In this document: positions 1 to 12,469 of the stretch, one piece after another | Numbering within the stretch: position 1 is the first letter of the stretch | How the letters are laid out: the number at the start of each line of letters is the position of its first letter | Assembly (NCBI GenBank): GCA_045593385.1 | Contig: JAZNWP010000048.1 | Coordinates: forward strand, 1-55,211 | DNA length: 55,211 bases | DNA from: Acutalibacteraceae bacterium | GTDB taxonomy: Bacteria > Bacillota > Clostridia > Oscillospirales > Acutalibacteraceae | Direction of reading: 5' to 3' | Made by a program: the position numbers and the translations under genes | Notes under the pieces: generated by a model | What the model was told of the DNA's origin: nothing | The model's input: only the letters and a program-made list of their open reading frames with translations | Databases searched by the model: none

Positions 1-2
1 AT

Positions 3-734
3 AATATTTATATTGATAACTCTAATAAAAATATTTATGATAAAAATAATAAAAAAATTGTTATAGGGAAATCATTACGACCAAATTTATTAACTAAAAC
101 TCCATCTTTTAATCAATTTTCAAGATAGGATGTTTATAATAAAAAAAATAAAAAATTATTATTAGATAAAAATAATAAGAAAAAAGTTATTGGAAAATAT
201 CTTAAAACATACTATACAGACAGTAATTTATATTGGAATAAAAATGTTTATGAAAATCCAAATAATTTAAATTTTTGGTTTGACTTTTTAGATAATGGAG
301 AGCTTCAAAGATATAGAGCTTAGATTATTGGGAATCGACCAAAAGCAATCAATGACACAAATGTTAAAGCTATTTATTTTAAAGAAACTCCAGATTTAAT
401 TTTTGTTGAAAATGAAGAGGATATTGATAAAAATTTATCTTATAATTATATAAAATATGAAAATATTGAAAAAGATTTTAGTATTAGTGCCCAAGGATAT
501 TCTGCGAAGGATAAAATAGATAATTTGTTATATTAGTATAGTTATGTAATAAATAATGCTGCAATTACTTCAATTCCTATTTATTATTTAGAGCCAAATA
601 CTAGAATATATATTTATGATGAAAAGACTCAAATAAATGGAGATTATATTATAAATAAATTAATAATTCCATTAACCTATAATGGAACTATGTCAATTAC
701 TGCTTCAAGAGTTGTTGAAAATTTTATTGGATAA
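3..734 (+). CDS. 5'-truncated structural protein (putative tail/baseplate component); frame 3 read through 3 in-frame TAG codons, ends TAA 732-734
   Basis: Frame 3 is continuous from the window start apart from TAG at 150-152, 321-323 and 534-536. A Shine-Dalgarno plus ATG of the next gene follows immediately. Asn/Lys-rich beta-rich composition typical of phage tail proteins. No specific family recognised. Confidence 0.4.
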
Positions 735-757
735 TAAGATAAAAAGGAGAGAAATAT

Positions 758-1051
758 ATGATAAAAAATAAAATTAAATAGTTTAAATTTGATTCTTCTA
801 GTTCAGGAGAGAATTTAACTATTACTGGATATAATATAAAAAGAATTGGAATACAAGGACCCCCAAAAACACTTTTTTATTTTAATGGAATGGAAAATAA
901 CTTAATTGAGATAGGATCTACGGGAATATTTGAATTAGATTTATTAGATACTTCAGGAGACATTTCAAAAGTTACTATTGATACAATTCCTACTTTAAAT
1001 GGAAATGAAAAAGTCATTGTGGATATTTTATATTAGCAATATATAGAATAA
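758..1051 (+). CDS. hypothetical structural protein, 97 aa, 2 in-frame TAG
   Basis: SD aaaaggagag 8 nt upstream of ATG 758. In-frame TAG at 779-781 and 1034-1036. True stop TAA 1049-1051 followed by SD aaggagg. Confidence 0.45.
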
Positions 1052-1065
1052 GGAGGAAAATATTT

Positions 1066-2583
1066 ATGGGATTTTATGGAAATGCCGAGTTTGGTGATAT
1101 TCGATTAAGAAAAGTTGAAAATTAGGGAGTTATTATTCCTGAAAATGAAAATATTAAAAAGAATAATATTAATTCGGGTTGGTTAAGTGATTATAAAGAA
1201 ATTAATTCTTTTGCTCCGAATACTTTATTTTCTAATGTATATTCTGATGAAACTTTAAAAGAAAATTTGTATGAGAGGTTTAATAAAGAAGGATTTTACG
1301 GTGGAAAGGATGGTGAGTCTCTTTCAAAAACTTTTTCTTCTGTGGCACCATATTATTAGTTTGAATTAAAAAGAAAAGATTCTACAAATTATTTATTTCC
1401 AACAGAAATTAGTAAAGTCTTTTTTCATAAAACCATAGTATTTATGCCTTTTTATGCTGTCACATTATTACCAGAGAGTGGAGCAGACATATGTTTTGTA
1501 AATAATAATCCAATTCCAGAAAAAGATTGGAAATTTGTTGATAATGATTCAACTAGACTAGGAATTGAATTTGAAAATGAAATTGCTGATGGTTCAATAG
1601 TTCAATTAAAATTTAGAGAAGATACTGGAGGAGCTATAGGATAGTAGTCAAAAACTTGGAGTGGAGGAAGCGTGGGGCAAAATGCCTTAACTGCTTTTGG
1701 TGGTAGTATTGGTAAAAATTCTTTTTCAGGAACTGGGTTTTCTGGTGGATTATTATCTTCAGTTCTTCCTGAATCACCAAATTATATATATAAAAATAAT
1801 TTTAATTCATTATTGAACATATTAGGTACCTCAAAATTATATACTGCTAGTGGAGCAGCAGCTGGAACTAATGCAACCACTATTGGTTCTGGTGGAGCTA
1901 TTGGTTTCAATACTTTTAGTAGTAATGGAGGAGGCTCCTTGGGAAATGGTGCTTTTTCTTCTAGTGGCGGGTCTATTGGAAATAATACTTTTGTTTTATC
2001 AGGTGGAGCAATTGGCAATGAAGCTACTGCTGGAGAAGGATTTTCTGGTGGAAATGAATCTAAAACAGCTTTACTAAAAATAGAAAATTTTGATTTAGAA
2101 CCAGCATTATGGGAGATTGAAAATAATGAAAATGATAATGAAAATGATTATGATTTAATTTCTATTAATTTAAGTTCGTTTTCGGAGTGGAAAAATGTTA
2201 AAAATCTAGACTATTGTCCTTTTAGTAAAATTGTAGTTGATGATTAGTATAATTATTTTATTGAAATTGCTGAAAAAACAGACAATGGAATAAAAATTAT
2301 AATTGAAAAAAATATTTTTACTAAAAGTTTAGAAAAAATTAATTTAGAAGTTAAATTCTATAAAAATTATAATTCTGTAGCAGTAGGATATTAGGCAGAA
2401 GCATTAGTAGATAATGCTGTTCAATTAGGAACAGGGAAAAATGAAAAAGAAGGCAGCCTTCAATTCAAAAATTATACAATAATGACTAATGATGGGGCTT
2501 ATGTAGTATCATCTAATTGGTATGGCACTACACTACCAGAAACTGGGAATTTTGAAGAAGGATAGCTATTCTTTAAAATTTAA
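1066..2583 (+). CDS. tail-fibre-like protein, 505 aa, with Gly-rich SGGAIG-N-F repeats; merges track ORFs 1444..1644 and 1672..2247
   Basis: SD aaggagg then ATG 1066. Frame 1 is open to TAA 2581-2583 except for TAG codons at 1357, 1642, 1645 (two adjacent), 2245, 2395 and 2563. Repeats such as GGSIGKNSFSGTGFSGG and SGGAIGFNTFSSNGGGSLGNGAF resemble fibre/needle beta-structures. Confidence 0.55.
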
Positions 2584-2614
2584 TAAATAAAAAGATAAAA
2601 AGGAGATAAAAATT

Positions 2615-3946
2615 ATGGATTTTGAACAAGGTCAATTAATTCAATAGTTAGATGATGGAACTGAAATTAATTATTATCCAAAAACTTTATTTAGTTCAGT
2701 CTATGAAAATGAAAAAGATAATGCTCTTAATTTAAAAGAGTATTTAAATAATTTTAAAATAGAGGATTCGGGTCTAATAAAAATAGGAAAAGATACTGAG
2801 TTAGCTAGCGTAACTTTAATAAAATCATCATTATATGTAAAGCCAGAAAATAGTGGTATTATTTCATATGGTAGAATAGAATTAGATTATCCGATAGAAA
2901 ATGTTGAGGAATTAAGACTATTAAGAATTCCTATTGTTGGGTTAGACGTTTATGAAATTAAGGATTTTGAATTAATAGACAAAAAAATTATTCAATATAA
3001 TTCAAAAGAATATGAATATACCGCCTTAGACATAATTAATGTTTATCAAATAAAATCAAATTCTAAGGGATTAATATCTATTGGAAATGGGACTAAATCT
3101 TTAGGATAGACTCCTTTATCATTTGGAAATTTTATTAAAAATACAGAAAGTATTGTTATAGGAAATTCTAGTACTGGAAAATTTAATTCAATTGCAATTG
3201 GAAATAATTCTTCTTCAGGATTAAATGGTTTGTCAATAGGAAATAATTCTATAAGTGAAAGTTTTAGTATTTTATCTCTTTCAATACCAGGAATTGCCAT
3301 TGGAGATAAAGCTGAAACGGTTGGTGGAATTTCAATCGGATATGGGGCAACAAGTACTTTTGGAAGTGTTTAGCTATCTACTGGAACTAATGAGCAATCT
3401 CAAACTTTAAAATTTATGGAACATTAGATATCAAATGGAACGTCCGTAACTGCTTCTGGGTCAGATATGGCAGAATATTTTGAATGGGAAGATCAAAATA
3501 TTAATAATCAAGACCGAAGAGGGTATTTTGTTACAATAAAAAATAATAAAATATAGCTTGCTACTTCAAAAAGTGATTATATTTTAGGAGTCGTTTCTTC
3601 TGAAGGTATTGCTTCATTTATCGGAAATACTGCGGTAGAAAATTGGAAAAATAAGTATTTAAAGGATATTTATGGAGATTATATTTTAGATGAAAATGGA
3701 GAAAAAATTATAAATCCAGAATTTAAAGAGACTGAAAAATATATTCCAAGAAAAGATAGAAAAGAATGGGCAGTAGTTTGTCTTATTGGATAGATTGTTA
3801 TTAATGATGATGGAACTTGCGTTCCAGGTGAATACTGTAAAGTTAATGATAATGGAGAAGGAACTGCCGCAAATATTGAAGATAATATAAAATATAAAGT
3901 TTTAGAAAGATTAGATAATAATCATATAAGAATTTTATTTAAATAA
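2615..3946 (+). CDS. tail fibre/appendage-like protein, 443 aa, with IGN-rich repeats
   Basis: SD aaaaggag then ATG 2615. Frame 2 is open to TAA 3944-3946 with about 6 in-frame TAG. Repeats IGNGTKSLG/IGNSSTGKFNSIAIGNNSSSGLNGLSIGNNS, then a globular C-terminus. Confidence 0.5.
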
Positions 3947-3952
3947 ATTGTT

Positions 3953-3998
3953 AAAAGCGAAGAAAAATAATAGTATTTTCTTCGCTTCTTTTTTTTAG
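3953..3998 (+). terminator. rho-independent terminator
   Basis: aaagcgaagaaaa / ttttcttcgcttc stem followed by a T9 run directly after the TAA of the preceding gene. Confidence 0.7.
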
Positions 3999-4096
3999 GT
4001 CAAGACTATTTAATATAATAAAGATTATTTTTAAATAAATTAGAAATAAAATATAAAATTTTATTTTAAATAAATAAGTTAGAAAGGAGAAAATAT

Positions 4097-7000
4097 ATGG
4101 AAAGAATTAGCTCATTTGATAAGATTCCTTTTAGTTTTGTTTAGTGTTCTTCAAAATATATAAAAGATATTGAAGCTGGAAATAAAACTATTCAAGAAGG
4201 CGCTGTATATTTTGTTTTAGATACGAAATAGATTTTTTTAGGTAAAAATAATAATTTAATTTCTATGGGAAAAGGATCTGGAATAATTTTTGCATTAAAA
4301 GAAACTGATTTAAATAATTTAGATCCTAATGTTTCTTTTAATTTACAAGATTTAGAAGAAGAGTACCAAGCAAATTATCCTTAGCCGAATGATTTAATTT
4401 TTAATAAAGATGGTTGTTTTTATAGAGTTTTAGAAATAGATAATACACAAATAAAAACAATTCGTTTAACTGTTGCTGGTGGCGGCAGTGGAGGTGGAGG
4501 CGGCGTCGGAGGAGCTTCTTCTATTATTTTGGCTGCCTATGCAACTGATGTTGATGATACTATTGTTTATGGAGATTCTTGTGAAATTCAATATGAATTT
4601 TGGGCTACTATGGATGGAGTTTCTACTGGTAGTGGCGTTAGAGAAATTATTATTAACGGAATAACTAAAGAAAGAAAAAATATTCCTCAAAGTACAACTG
4701 ATAATCCATATTAGATCATTGATATTTCTAAATACTTAGAGCCTGGAGATAATTTTATCCAATTAAAATGTTCTGATGTATATGGTAACTATAAAATATT
4801 ACAATTTTCAAGAGCTGTTGTCAAATTAGAAATTGATGATTCAAATTTAACTGCAAAAAACACAAAAAAAATTTTTGCAACTGAAAATGATAGTTTTACT
4901 TATACTTATATTCCCTATGGAATTGGTGAAAAAATTATTACTTTTACTTTAAAAAAAGATGATGGAACTACTACCCAGACCTTAGAAACATTTACCACTT
5001 CTGGCTCGGAGCGTAATAAAACTTTTTCGAATTTGGCTTATGGAGTTTATACATTAGAAGTATCTATGACTACCACCGTAAATGGGAAAGATTTAACTCC
5101 AGTTTAGTATTTTTATACAATTTTATGTGCGGCAAATCCGCCAGATCCTTTAACTGAATTCCATCAACCAATTATAGCTTCTTATTTACCAATATAGGAA
5201 GTTTCTCAGGGTAGTCAGATTGAATTTTATTATATGTTAAATGATCCGGCTAAAAAGACAAATAGTTCAGTTAAATTAGTTATAAAATATAAAGATTCTT
5301 TTGGAGTTATTAAAACTTATAGTGTATCTAATTCAAGAATCGTAAATTCTTTAGTTCATGATATTTGGAGAGAAAGAAATTATCCTTTGCATGATGAAGT
5401 TTATTTTTCTATTAGATATGACTACACAGACGCAATGACTGGACAAGAAATCTCTTTATCTTCTCAAGAATGGAAAGTTAAAGTAAACGCTTCTGAAATG
5501 GATAACAATATATCAAGTTCTGGTTTATTATTATCATTAAGTGCAAATGGAAGAACTAATAATGAAGATAAAAATACTATAAATCAATGGATTTATAATT
5601 CAATTACTACGGATTTTGAAAATGTTAATTGGGTAAATGATAATAATAGTGGAACTGGTTGGTTATCAGATGTAGATAAAAATTCAGTATTGAGATTAAA
5701 TGGTAGAGCTTCTGCAACAGTAAATTTTTATCCATTTAAATATGAAACTACTTCATCTGCGAATAATTTAATCGGAAGTGGATATACCTTAGAGTTAGAT
5801 TTTGCAATTAGAGATGTTAATAATAAAAATGCAATTGCAATTAATTGTATGGATAAAGAAAATGTTGGATTTAAAGTTAGTGCTAATAAAATTACTTTTA
5901 GAGGTAGAACCGGCACTGAATTATCTTCTCATTTTAATGAAGAAGAAAGAGTTAAAGTAACTTTCGTTGTGGAATCTAATGCGAAAACACCAGATGGAGA
6001 GTATGTAACGTCTAGACTTATATCTATTTATTTAAATGGTGTTTTATCTAGTGCTTAGCAATATGCTCCTGAAGAAACGTTTTAGCAAGTAAAACCATTA
6101 GGAATTACATTTGGTTCTCCAGATTGTAGTATTGATATTTATAATATTAGAGCTTATAATCGAGCTTTAACTTCTAAAGAAATTGTAAATAATTTTATTT
6201 ATGACATATCAAATATAGCTACACAATCTGCATATTATGAAAATAATGATGTTTATGATGATTATAATCAATTATCTTATACAAAATTAAAAGAAAAGAA
6301 TTCTATCATGACGATTATTGGTGATTTACCTTCTTTTAAAGGAGATAAAAAGAAAGTTACTATTAAATATGAATGTTTATTTAATAAAGATTTTGATTTT
6401 GAAGATGACGCAAATTTAGATGTGTAGGGTACATCTTCTTAGCTTTATATTAGAAAAAATTATAAAATAAAATGCGATTCAGAGCATTAGCACGGTGAAA
6501 ATCAATTACCAAATAAAGTTTTTTGTTTAAAAGCTGATTATGCTGAATCAACAAGTACTCATAATACTCAAAATGCAAATTTAGTACATACTTTTTATAC
6601 TGAAGAAACTCCAGCTTAGAAAGATGATAAAAGATGTAGAACATCTATATATGGATATCCAATAATAGTATTCCATCAAAAAACTTTAGAATCGACTCCG
6701 GAATTTATTGGAAAGTATAATTTTAACTTTGACAAAGGTAGCGAAGAAGTCTTTGGATTTACTGAAGCTTATGACGTTGAGTGTTGGGAATTTTGTAATA
6801 ATGACAGTAATGCTTGTAATTTTTTAGGACCTATTGCTGAAAATTGGAAAGATGATTTTGAACCAAGATATCTAGCACCTTTTACTATTAACCAAGGAAC
6901 TGAAGATGAATTAGAAATATCTTTTGATAGAATTGAAGAGCTTCAAGAAAAAGAAACTCTAACTGATAAAGAAAAAGCAGAATTAAAGACTCAAAGAGAA

Positions 7001-9997
7001 AAAGCTATAGAAAGATTTAAAACCATGCATAACTGGGTAGTTTCAACAAAAGATGATATTGATAAATTTAAAAATGAATTTGAGCAATATTTTGATTTAC
7101 ATTATTGTTTGATTTATTACGTTTATACTTTTGTTGCTTTAATGGTAGACCAAAGAGCAAAAAATATGTTTTTAACTTATTGGGGAAAAACTAATAAGTG
7201 GCAACCTTGGTTTTATGACAATGATACTTGTTTTGGTTTAAATAATGTTGGTAAAATGACATATGAATATTATCATGAAGATACTGATAAATATGGAAAT
7301 GGTAATGTATATAATGGTCAAGAAAGCGTATTATGGACTAATTTTAGGGAATGTTTTCCTACTGAAATAAGAGACACTTATGCAAGATTGCGAAGTGAAA
7401 AATTAATTAGTTATAATAATTTCATTGACAGATTTATTGAAAATGGATCAAATAAATGGTCAGAAACTGTCTATAATGAAGATACTGAATATAAATATAT
7501 TTATCCTTTAAAAAGTGAAGAAGATTCTAGCCATCTTACTAAGATTCAAGGAACTGGAGAAGAATACCTTCGTTATTTTATTGATAAAAGATTAAATTAT
7601 TGTGATAGTAAATGGAATTGTGGAGATTATGTAGATGATACTATTGCTTTAAGATTTTATACTCCAGACACTTGGGAAGGTATTGCACCAGATCCGACCA
7701 TTACCGTAACTCCTTTTACAAAAATGTATACTGGAGTTCGATATAAAGCTAATGGAACTCTAAAACAATAGAGAACAGAAGCTGATAAAACTGCAACCTT
7801 CTCTCCAGAATCTTCTGACTATGAAGAAGGGGAATATGAGGGTAAATTTAATGATACTGAAGTAGCGATTTATGGTGCTTCTAATTTATCTTCTATAGGA
7901 GATTTATCTGCTTGTTATTTAGGTTCTATTGACATTGGTAAGGCAGTTCGTTTAACTGAATTAAAAGTTGGTAATTCAACTGAAGGATATTATAATAATT
8001 TATTAAAAGAAGTAAATATTGGTACAAATAAATTATTAAAAAAAGTTGATTTTACTAATTGTGTTGAATTAAGAGGAAACTTAGATTTATCTAATTGTCC
8101 TAATATTGAAGAAATAAAAACTTTTGGAACTAAACTTTCAAGTGTATCTTTATCATCTTCTGGACATATTACTAAATTATATTTACCAGAAACAATTTTT
8201 AATTTAACTTTATCTAATTAGTCTTTTATTGAAGATTTTTAGATTTAGACTTTAAATGATGAATTATCCCCTTATCGAAATTTAAGAGAGATTTTAATTA
8301 TAAATTGTCCAACTATTGATTCTCAAAAAATGTTAGAGGAAATAGTTGATAACTTTTCTTCTGAATATGTGTCAATAAAAACAACTTTATCTGCCCCATC
8401 TGGAGAAAATTTATTAATAAATATATATGCTGATGGAGCCATTACAACAGAAATTTATGATGAACAAACTTCTTCATCTGCAAAAACAATTTATAAATTT
8501 ATTCAGGATCATGGAGATAATTCAACTTCAGAAGATTTAAGATATTTTACAGTTGTTTATAAAGAAGAAAATGATACAATTGTTTTAAACGAAACTTTTT
8601 CTGAATTAATAGCAGCTCTTAATAATAATGATAAAATTTATTTAGGTGGTTTAGAACTTACGAATATTGAACAACAAGGAAAATATTTAGACATAGGATT
8701 TATTAACATAGATTGGGACTTTGAAAATGCAGATTTCTTATTATCTTTATTAGATAATGAGAATATTCGAGGAAAACACCCAGAAACAAATGTTATTGAT
8801 CCAAATATGATTTGGATTACTGGAACTTGTCATATTAAAAAACTTAATGGTGAAGAAATGAAAAAACTTAAATCTAATTATCCAGAAGATTTAAAAATAA
8901 CTTATGATGACCTCACAGCTAATTTAAGTTTTTATTTGGGCGGAGACACCGTAGCAGATGGAGAAAACGCTTATTATCATTATAATTACACAATAGGAGA
9001 TACAATTACTTCTGATGAATATTTAACTTTTAGATAGATTTGGATTGATAATAAAGGTATTGATTGTACACAAGAAAATTTGTCTGAATATTTTACTTTA
9101 ATTTTAGAAGAAAATACAGTAATTTCTGGAACTTGTAAGAAAAATGTAGAAATTATTAGAGATTTATTTATTCCGATCCAAATTGCCGCAACCCAAGAAA
9201 TTTTAAATGGTGGAAATGGATTTAATCCTGTCGGCAAAGAGATTGAAGCTCCTAAAAAAGCTTCAACAGCTAAATACGATTATACTTTTAGTGGTTGGGC
9301 ATATCGTTCAGGAGCAGTGGCTAATGATATTATTTTAAATAATATCGAGCAAAATACTAAAGTTTATGCAACCTTTACTAAAACAATAAAAAAATATCCA
9401 GTATATTTTTATAATGATCCATTAAAAGAAGGGAAAGCACCGATTAAATCATTAATAGGAGATCAAATGATAGCTTATGGAAATGGTGTTCCCACAAATG
9501 AAATACCTCCAAATCCAGAATATCCAGATGAAAGTTTGAAACAAGATTATACTTTTACTGGTTGGGATCCAAATCCAACAAAAATTACTGGAGAAACTCA
9601 TTGTTAGGCACAATATAGTTATACAGCTTATTCTCCTGTTCGTTTAATAGAAAGAGATATTGTTGAATTTAGCAGTAATACTTTAACCGATATTGGAGAT
9701 TATGCTTTTTATAATTGTGCAGAATTAGAAATTGTAAATACACCTTTTGTTTTATCGATTGGTTAGTTTGCTTTTGAAGGGTGTTCTGTTTTAGATACTT
9801 TAATCTTATTAAATAATGAACAAGTTTGTACTCTTGGTACAAATGCTTTAAAAGGAACTTTAATTGAACAAAATAAAGGAAGTATTTATGTCGCAGACAA
9901 TATGGTTGAATTATATCAAAACCATAGTGATTGGAACAATTATAAAGATTATATAAAATCAATTAATGAATTAACTATTTTGGAGGTGAATGAATAA
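4097..9997 (+). CDS. giant multidomain fibre/adhesin-like protein, 1966 aa. Contains a Gly-rich linker, LamG (Laminin_G_3)-like domain, CotH kinase-like domain, LRR region, Listeria-Bacteroides (YxFxGW) repeats and a C-terminal BspA-type LRR. About 25 in-frame TAG.
   Basis: SD gaaaggag then ATG 4097. Frame 2 has no TAA/TGA until TAA 9995-9997. Track ORFs 4529.., 5234.., 7025.., 8330.. and 9080.. are all frame 2 and separated only by TAG. LamG signature ...VTFVVESNAKTPDGEYVTSRLISIYLNGVL... then IDIYNIRAYNRALTSKEI. CotH signature MVDQRAKNMFLTYWGKTNKWQPWFYDNDTCFG. LRR_5-type IGDYAFYNCAELEIVNTPF...FAFEGCSVLDTL. YDYTFSGWAY / DYTFTGWDPNP repeats. Confidence 0.6.
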
Positions 9998-9999
9998 TT

Positions 10000-12162
10000 A
10001 TGGCTAGTAAAATGACTGTTGAAAGAAAAATTTATTATGGTTCAGCTATAGATAAAACTAATGTTGATGGTAGTTTCGGTTTTGGGGCTATATATTGTAT
10101 AGGACATTCAGATTTTTCTTCTACTAGTTCTCACTCAAAAGGAGTAAAAGACAACATTCCTCCTTATTCAATTATTAATTCAACAACTATGGGAGTTGAT
10201 AGTGGTACTATTTCTATTACTACTGACGGATTAGATGGTTCTTATTCTTGGCGGCTCATAATAGAAGCATATTATAGATATGTTACGAGCGAGGGAGACA
10301 ATAGCTCAAAATATTCTGGTTCTTTAGGAAATACCAATAATTTTAGAGAAAGTGGTAATCCAAATTCCTTTTCAAATTTTTCTTCTGTTGTTTCTAAATA
10401 TAAGTATGGAACAGCATCAGATTTTTCGAGTGGTACAGAAAATGCAGGATTATTAAAGGCCTTTGATATAAATAATAGTTATACGAATGAAGAAACAAGT
10501 TCTCTTCGTTTTTATTGGGAAGAAAATGGACTAGGACTGAACGCTTCTGCATTATCAATAAAGAATAGTCAACCTTATATAACTTATGAGATTACTTTAC
10601 CCACAATAACTTTATTATCAAATAATTTAGAAATGGGAACGGTTAATGGGGCAGAAAGTGATAATATTTATAATATAGATGTTTCAAGTTCTTATTCTGT
10701 AACAGCTGAACCAAAGCCTGGATATCGTTTTGTAAAATGGTCAGATGGAAATGAAGAAAGGATAAGAACTTTTACTAAAATGGATTTAACTTCTTCGAAT
10801 ACTGAGATTACAGCAGAATTTATTCCCTATTATACAATATCTTATAATTTAAATGGAGGAAATACTAGTGAAACTAGAATAAATTTTTATGATAGTTTAT
10901 ATGGAGCATTAGATTCTAATTTATCTCCTACAGGAGTTTCTGAAATTATTATACCAACTCCATTAAAAACTGGCTATACTTTTATTGGATGGACGGGAAC
11001 AGATATTGAGGAACCTTCCATGGTTATTAATATTCCTTTAGGCTCTTCTGGAAATCGTACTTATACAGCTAATTGGCAAATTAATCAATATAAAGTTACT
11101 ATTAATTGCTCTCCAGAAGACAGCGGAATTGCAACAATTATTTTAAAAGATGGTACTGAATTTTCTAACAGTTCAAAATTATTAGACTATGGAACTTCTT
11201 TGACTGCAATTTCTGCAACAACTACTGATGTTGATAAGTATGAATTTTCAGAGTTCACTATTACTGGAAAAACACCAAGCTTAAATAATACTTTATATGG
11301 ATAGGTTGTACCAGCATAGGACATTGCTTATATAGCTTATTTTGATTTAAAAAAATATGCTGTAACTGCTTCTTCTGTATTAATTTCTTATGATGAAGAT
11401 GGAAATGAGATTGAAACCCAAGATGATTGCGCAGTTTTTGAATTAAATAATCTAAGTACATTTACGCCATAGGAGTATGGAAAATCAATTTATATTTCAT
11501 TTTTGCCCAAATTTGGATATAAATTTGTAAAATGGAAAAATACTGAAACTTCAAAAATGAATAAAGCAGTATTAGAAACAGTAGTTACTGGCGAAATTAA
11601 AGCAGTCGCTTGTTTTGAAAAAATTGAGCCAACTAATAATTCAATCCCAGATAATGTTGAAAATTTGCCATTAGCAGAAAAAGAAAAATTAATTACCTCA
11701 ATTGCAGATTCAATAATTAATAAAACAATTATTAATTATATTAATACCGTAAAGATGAATTCAATAGGTGATTATATATTTTATAATTGTGATAAATTAA
11801 AGTTTATTAATATCCCAAATGTCAATCCTTCAGCTCTTGGAAGTTATGCATTTTATGGATGTAAAAATTTAACTAGTTTACGACTTCCTGAAAATATTAC
11901 TGAATTAAAAGACCATGCTTTTGAAAATTGTATTAATTTAACTACTTTAATAATTCCAAACTCTTCATTGGTAGAATTAACAGGTCAGGATGTATTTTGG
12001 AATACACCGTTTTGTAATTCATTATATAATCAACCTTTTGGATACATTTATGTTCCAGAAGCTTTAATATCTGATTATAAGACAAGGACAAATTGGGTAT
12101 TATATGCAGAGAGATTTAGACCTATTGAAGAGTATTCGGCAATTTGTGGTGTGGAGGAGTAA
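10000..12162 (+). CDS. receptor-binding-protein-like fibre, 720 aa, with Listeria-Bacteroides repeats and a BspA-type LRR C-terminus; 3 in-frame TAG; merges track ORFs 10000..11304 and 11503..12162
   Basis: SD ggaggtg then ATG 10000, 2 nt after the giant gene's TAA. TAG at 11302, 11320 and 11470, then continuing frame 1 to TAA 12160-12162. Motifs PKPGYRFVKWSDG, KTGYTFIGWTG, PKFGYKFVKWKN and IGDYIFYNCDKLKFINIPN...YAFYGCKNLTSLRLPENITELKDHAFENCINLTTLIIP. Confidence 0.6.
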
Positions 12163-12165
12163 AAA

Positions 12166-12330
12166 ATGATTCAAAAAGAAAATATAGAATTTAATGGAAA
12201 ATTATTTGTCAGAACTTTTAGTGACAAAGGTTTTTATATAACAAGACAGGGTGTTTATTATAAAGAAGCTTATGATCCAATTATGATCTCTAGAGTTTAT
12301 GAAGAAAGTGATAAATTAATTAATAATTAA
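12166..12330 (+). CDS. small hypothetical protein, 54 aa
   Basis: ATG 3 nt after the preceding stop (translationally coupled). Ends TAA 12328-12330, followed by a terminator. Confidence 0.35.
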   Translation: MIQKENIEFNGKLFVRTFSDKGFYITRQGVYYKEAYDPIMISRVYEESDKLINN

Positions 12331-12374
12331 TTCTGGACAGATTTTATTAAAATAAAAAATTAAAAAATTAAATG

Positions 12375-12425
12375 TATAGGAGAAAGAAAAAAAAAATTCT
12401 TTCTCCTATATAATAAAATTTTAAG
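12375..12425 (+). terminator. rho-independent terminator
   Basis: tataggagaaagaa-A10-ttctttctcctata inverted repeat followed by a T-rich tail. Confidence 0.7.
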
Positions 12426-12469
12426 AAAGGATGAATTTTTTTATGATAGTAAAAGTAGATAGTACTAAT

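Noticed and set aside
9669-9962. Track ORFs on the opposite strand of long genes (9669..9962 -, 16017..16313 -, 26335..26520 -, 38658..38849 +, 40074..40370 +, 41233..41547 +, 25437..25682 +, etc.)
   Set aside because: Embedded antisense within strongly supported coding regions, low-complexity AT-rich translations, no RBS. Treated as spurious.
4097-12162. Diversity-generating retroelement (template/variable repeat) in the fibre genes
   Set aside because: No reverse transcriptase gene in the window and no near-identical ~100-bp DNA repeat pair. The two fibres share module order only at protein level.
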